Shown here piece by piece: positions 36,489 to 38,489 of a stretch of DNA of 38,489 bases. The notes beneath the pieces are model-generated. The model had not been told where the DNA came from. It worked only from the letters and a program-made list of their open reading frames with translations, and made no database searches. The stretch lies in NCBI GenBank assembly GCA_025935655.1, contig JAICUV010000002.1, positions 1 through 38,489 on the forward strand, read 5' to 3'. Source of the DNA: Chloroflexota bacterium (GTDB lineage: Bacteria > Chloroflexota > Limnocylindria > Limnocylindrales > CSP1-4). Within the stretch, counting starts at the first letter, position 1; the number at the start of each line of letters is the position of its first letter. The position numbers were made by a program, and so were the translations under genes.

Positions 36489-36680
36489 GGCTGGCCACCT
36501 GGTGTGGGCGGGTCGAACCCGCCGCGGTGGCTGGACCCGGGCGCAGCCGGGCCCGTCAGCGAACGGGCAGGACCCTGTGGCTGCCGGCAGGACGGCCGGC
36601 GGAACTAGGTCCGGTCTCCACGATGGGAGCAATCCTCGTGCGGTGCTGAACGCCCCGAAGCCGTGTCCGGAACGGGGGCA
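36489..36680 (-). promoter_or_regulatory. long structured 5' leader with an SD-sequestering helix (candidate cis-regulatory RNA)
   Basis: About 190 nt lie between the predicted TSS and ATG 36488. GCCACC (RNA copy of 36531-36526) can pair with GGUGGC (36499-36494), which overlaps the AGGUGG SD. It encloses the hairpin GGCGGG-uucga-CCCGCC (36523-36507). Further GC hairpins lie upstream, for example GCCGGC-cguccu-GCCGGC. Confidence 0.4.
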
Positions 36681-36686
36681 GATCCG

Positions 36687-36715
36687 ACTGTATGCCCGTG
36701 CCGCGAGGTGGTCAA
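36687..36715 (-). promoter_or_regulatory. sigma-70-type promoter TTGACC-N17-TACAGT
   Basis: On the minus strand, TTGACC is at 36715-36710 and TACAGT at 36692-36687, with a 17-nt spacer. It points at the MgtE_N/CBS gene about 200 nt downstream. Confidence 0.55.
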
Positions 36716-36796
36716 CCGTGCTCGGCGGGTGCGCGCGGGACCGGGTTGCGCACGCGCGGCACGCGGCGCACAATGGGCTCTGCACATGTGCCCGGC

Positions 36797-36814
36797 GGTG
36801 AGCATTTGCTCACC
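36797..36814. promoter_or_regulatory. perfect 8-2-8 palindrome GGTGAGCA-TT-TGCTCACC (operator candidate)
   Basis: It lies 17 nt upstream of the SorC-family regulator ATG (36832), in the AT-richest patch of the intergenic region. Confidence 0.5.
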
Positions 36815-36831
36815 TTGAGCCGTAGGGGATC

Positions 36832-37824
36832 ATGCCGTCGCTCGACGATCTCGGCCATGACGAGTTCGAGCTCCTCGCCCGCGTCGCCCACCGCTACTAC
36901 GCGGACGGCCTGACGCAGGAGGCCCTCGCGCGTGAGTTCGGGCTGTCGCGACCCAAGGTGCAGCGGCTCCTGGACAGGGCGCGCGCGGCGGGCGTCGTGG
37001 ACATCCGGATCGCCACGCCGCCGTGGCTGCACCTCGACCTCGAGCGGGCGCTCCGCGAGCGGTTCGGGCTGGCCGAGGCCATCGTCGCCCCCGCCCGGTC
37101 CGACGCCGACGCCCAGCGGGCCGAGGTGGCCCGCGCCGCGGCCGCCTACCTCGAGCGGCGCCTCGACGACGGGGCGGTGGTCGCCGTCAGCCATGGACGC
37201 GACACCGGCGAGGTCCCGCGGTTCTTCGCGCCCCGGCGTCGCGTGGCCGCGACGTTCGTGAGCGCCATGGGCGGCTCGCCGCTCGTCGACTCGCCCACCA
37301 ACCCGAACGAGATCGTCCGTCGGCTCGCCGACCGCTGCGGCGGCCAGTCCGTGGGGCTGTACGCCCCCGCGTCCGTGGAGAGCGCGCGGATGCGCGCCCA
37401 GCTCGTGCGCGAGCCCGCGGTCGCGGAGACGCTCGGGATCGCCGCCCGCGCGTCGATCGCGCTCGTCGGCATCGGCGGCACGGACGACGCGTGCACGATG
37501 GTCCGCAGCGGCAGCGTCTCGCTGGACGAGATCCGCCGGCTGCGCGACGCCGGGGCGGTGGGCGACGTCCTGGGCAACTACGTGGATGCCGACGGCGGGC
37601 TCGTGGAGTCGCCCGAGACGGGGCGGCTGGTGAGCCTGTCGCTCGACGAGCTCCATGCGATCGGCACGGTCGTGGTCGTGGTCAGCGAGGCCGAGAAGCC
37701 GCTCGCGATCCTGGGCGTCCTGCGGACCGGCGTCGTCGACGTGCTCGTCATCGACGAGGGCAATGCGCGCTTCCTCGTGGAACCCGCGCGCGAAGCAACG
37801 CTGCGTCCCATGACGGAGGTGTGA
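36832..37824 (+). CDS. SorC/DeoR-type sugar-binding transcriptional regulator
   Basis: N-terminal HTH ARVAHRYYADGLTQEALAREFGLSRPKVQRLLDRARAAGVVDIRI, followed by a sugar-phosphate-binding domain (ALVGIGGT, GDVLGNYVDADG). Confidence 0.85.
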   Translation: MPSLDDLGHDEFELLARVAHRYYADGLTQEALAREFGLSRPKVQRLLDRARAAGVVDIRIATPPWLHLDLERALRERFGLAEAIVAPARSDADAQRAEVARAAAAYLERRLDDGAVVAVSHGRDTGEVPRFFAPRRRVAATFVSAMGGSPLVDSPTNPNEIVRRLADRCGGQSVGLYAPASVESARMRAQLVREPAVAETLGIAARASIALVGIGGTDDACTMVRSGSVSLDEIRRLRDAGAVGDVLGNYVDADGGLVESPETGRLVSLSLDELHAIGTVVVVVSEAEKPLAILGVLRTGVVDVLVIDEGNARFLVEPAREATLRPMTEV

Positions 37825-37825
37825 C

Positions 37826-38489
37826 GTGCCTGTCGTTCCCACCCAGGAGATCCTCGGCCGGGCGGTCGAGGAACGCTATGGCGTCGCGGCGATCAACGTC
37901 ATCAACGACCTCACCATGGACGCCGTCCTCGCGGCCGCCCAGGAGCTGCAGGCGCCGCTGATCGTCCAGACGTCCGTCAAGCACGTCGAGCTGACCGGGA
38001 TCGACGTGATGTTCGCGATGTGGAAGGCGATGACGAAGGACCTCTCGGTCCCGGTCGCCCTCCACCTCGACCACTGCCCGGACCGTGCCGTGATCACCGC
38101 GTGCCTCGCAGCCGGCTGGAACTCCGTGCTGTTCGACGCGTCGAAGCTGAGCGTCGAGGACAACAAGCGCCAGTGCATCGAGGTCGTGGCGGAGGCCCGC
38201 CGCTACGGGGCCGCCGTCGAGGGCGAGATCGAGGGCTTCAAGCGCACCGAGGAGATGACCGGCGACGAGGCCCAGCAGGTCCAGACGCTGGAGACCGTCG
38301 TGGACTTCGTGCGCGAGACCGGCGTCGACGTGTTCGCGCCCGCGATCGGCAACGCCCACGGCACGTACAAGACCACGCCCACGCTCGACGCGCAGCGCGT
38401 GACCGACATCGTCGAGGCGACCGGGATCCCGGTGGCGCTCCACGGCGGCACGGGCATGTCCGCGGAGCAGTTCAGCGACCTCATCGCGC
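37826..38489 (+). CDS. class II ketose-bisphosphate aldolase (fructose/tagatose-bisphosphate aldolase family), 3' end cut by window edge
   Basis: This ORF is not in the ORF track because there is no stop before the window end. GTG 37826 follows a GGAGG SD. Translation: VPVVPTQEILGRAVEERYGVAAINV...ALHLDHC...AIGNAHGTYK...ALHGGTG. Confidence 0.85.
   Translation, partial: MPVVPTQEILGRAVEERYGVAAINVINDLTMDAVLAAAQELQAPLIVQTSVKHVELTGIDVMFAMWKAMTKDLSVPVALHLDHCPDRAVITACLAAGWNSVLFDASKLSVEDNKRQCIEVVAEARRYGAAVEGEIEGFKRTEEMTGDEAQQVQTLETVVDFVRETGVDVFAPAIGNAHGTYKTTPTLDAQRVTDIVEATGIPVALHGGTGMSAEQFSDLIA

Noticed and set aside
36507-36523. tRNA T-arm-like GGCGGG-TTCGA-CCCGCC hairpin (minus strand)
   Set aside because: The loop is 5 nt rather than 7, and no acceptor, D or anticodon arms can be drawn around it. 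I treat it as part of the mRNA leader, not a tRNA.
36489-36680. M-box (ykoK) Mg2+ riboswitch identity for the leader
   Set aside because: I could not find the conserved M-box core sequences by eye. The leader is reported only as an unclassified structured-leader candidate.

Overview
The window is very GC-rich, with G/C strongly dominant at third codon positions. It looks like chromosomal DNA from a high-GC Gram-positive (Actinomycetota-like) organism. I support about 31 protein genes. I found no rRNA, tRNA, CRISPR array, transposase or integrase.

Gene order:
- alpha/beta hydrolase (5' truncated), galU, and a PASTA Ser/Thr kinase with a (Thr-Pro)12 linker
- three poorly characterisable ORFs: a zinc-ribbon protein, a membrane-anchored Ig-like protein, and a Pro-rich 4-Cys protein
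- folC-folP-folB
- an MprA/MprB/PepD-like response regulator, histidine kinase and HtrA protease module (minus strand)
- L25/Ctc, a gene-free gap of about 500 bp with repeated hairpins, and a SAM methyltransferase
- a universal stress protein coupled to malic enzyme
- DUF4153-like and DUF4349-like envelope proteins
- a LigC-type ATP-dependent ligase, an M48 peptidase, an NTF2-like protein and a stand-alone NHEJ primase-polymerase
- a four-module fusion enzyme of about 1160 aa (unknown domain + pyruvyl-transferase-like + GT8 + TylF methyltransferase)
- a DGPF/YCII protein with an ECF42-type sigma factor
- a VOC-MarR operon divergent from a short UvrA paralogue
- an NRAMP-fold transporter with a non-canonical metal site, preceded by a pore-less MgtE_N/CBS sensor protein
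- a SorC regulator and a class II aldolase (3' truncated)

Many gene pairs overlap by 4 nt (ATGA, GTGA or CTGA), which suggests translational coupling.

The best candidates for undescribed biology are:
- the MgtE-sensor plus NRAMP-related transporter pair and its long structured leader
- the four-module glycan-modifying fusion protein
- the start-codon-less ECF42 sigma gene

All family assignments come from motifs I read by eye in the supplied translations. No database search was run.
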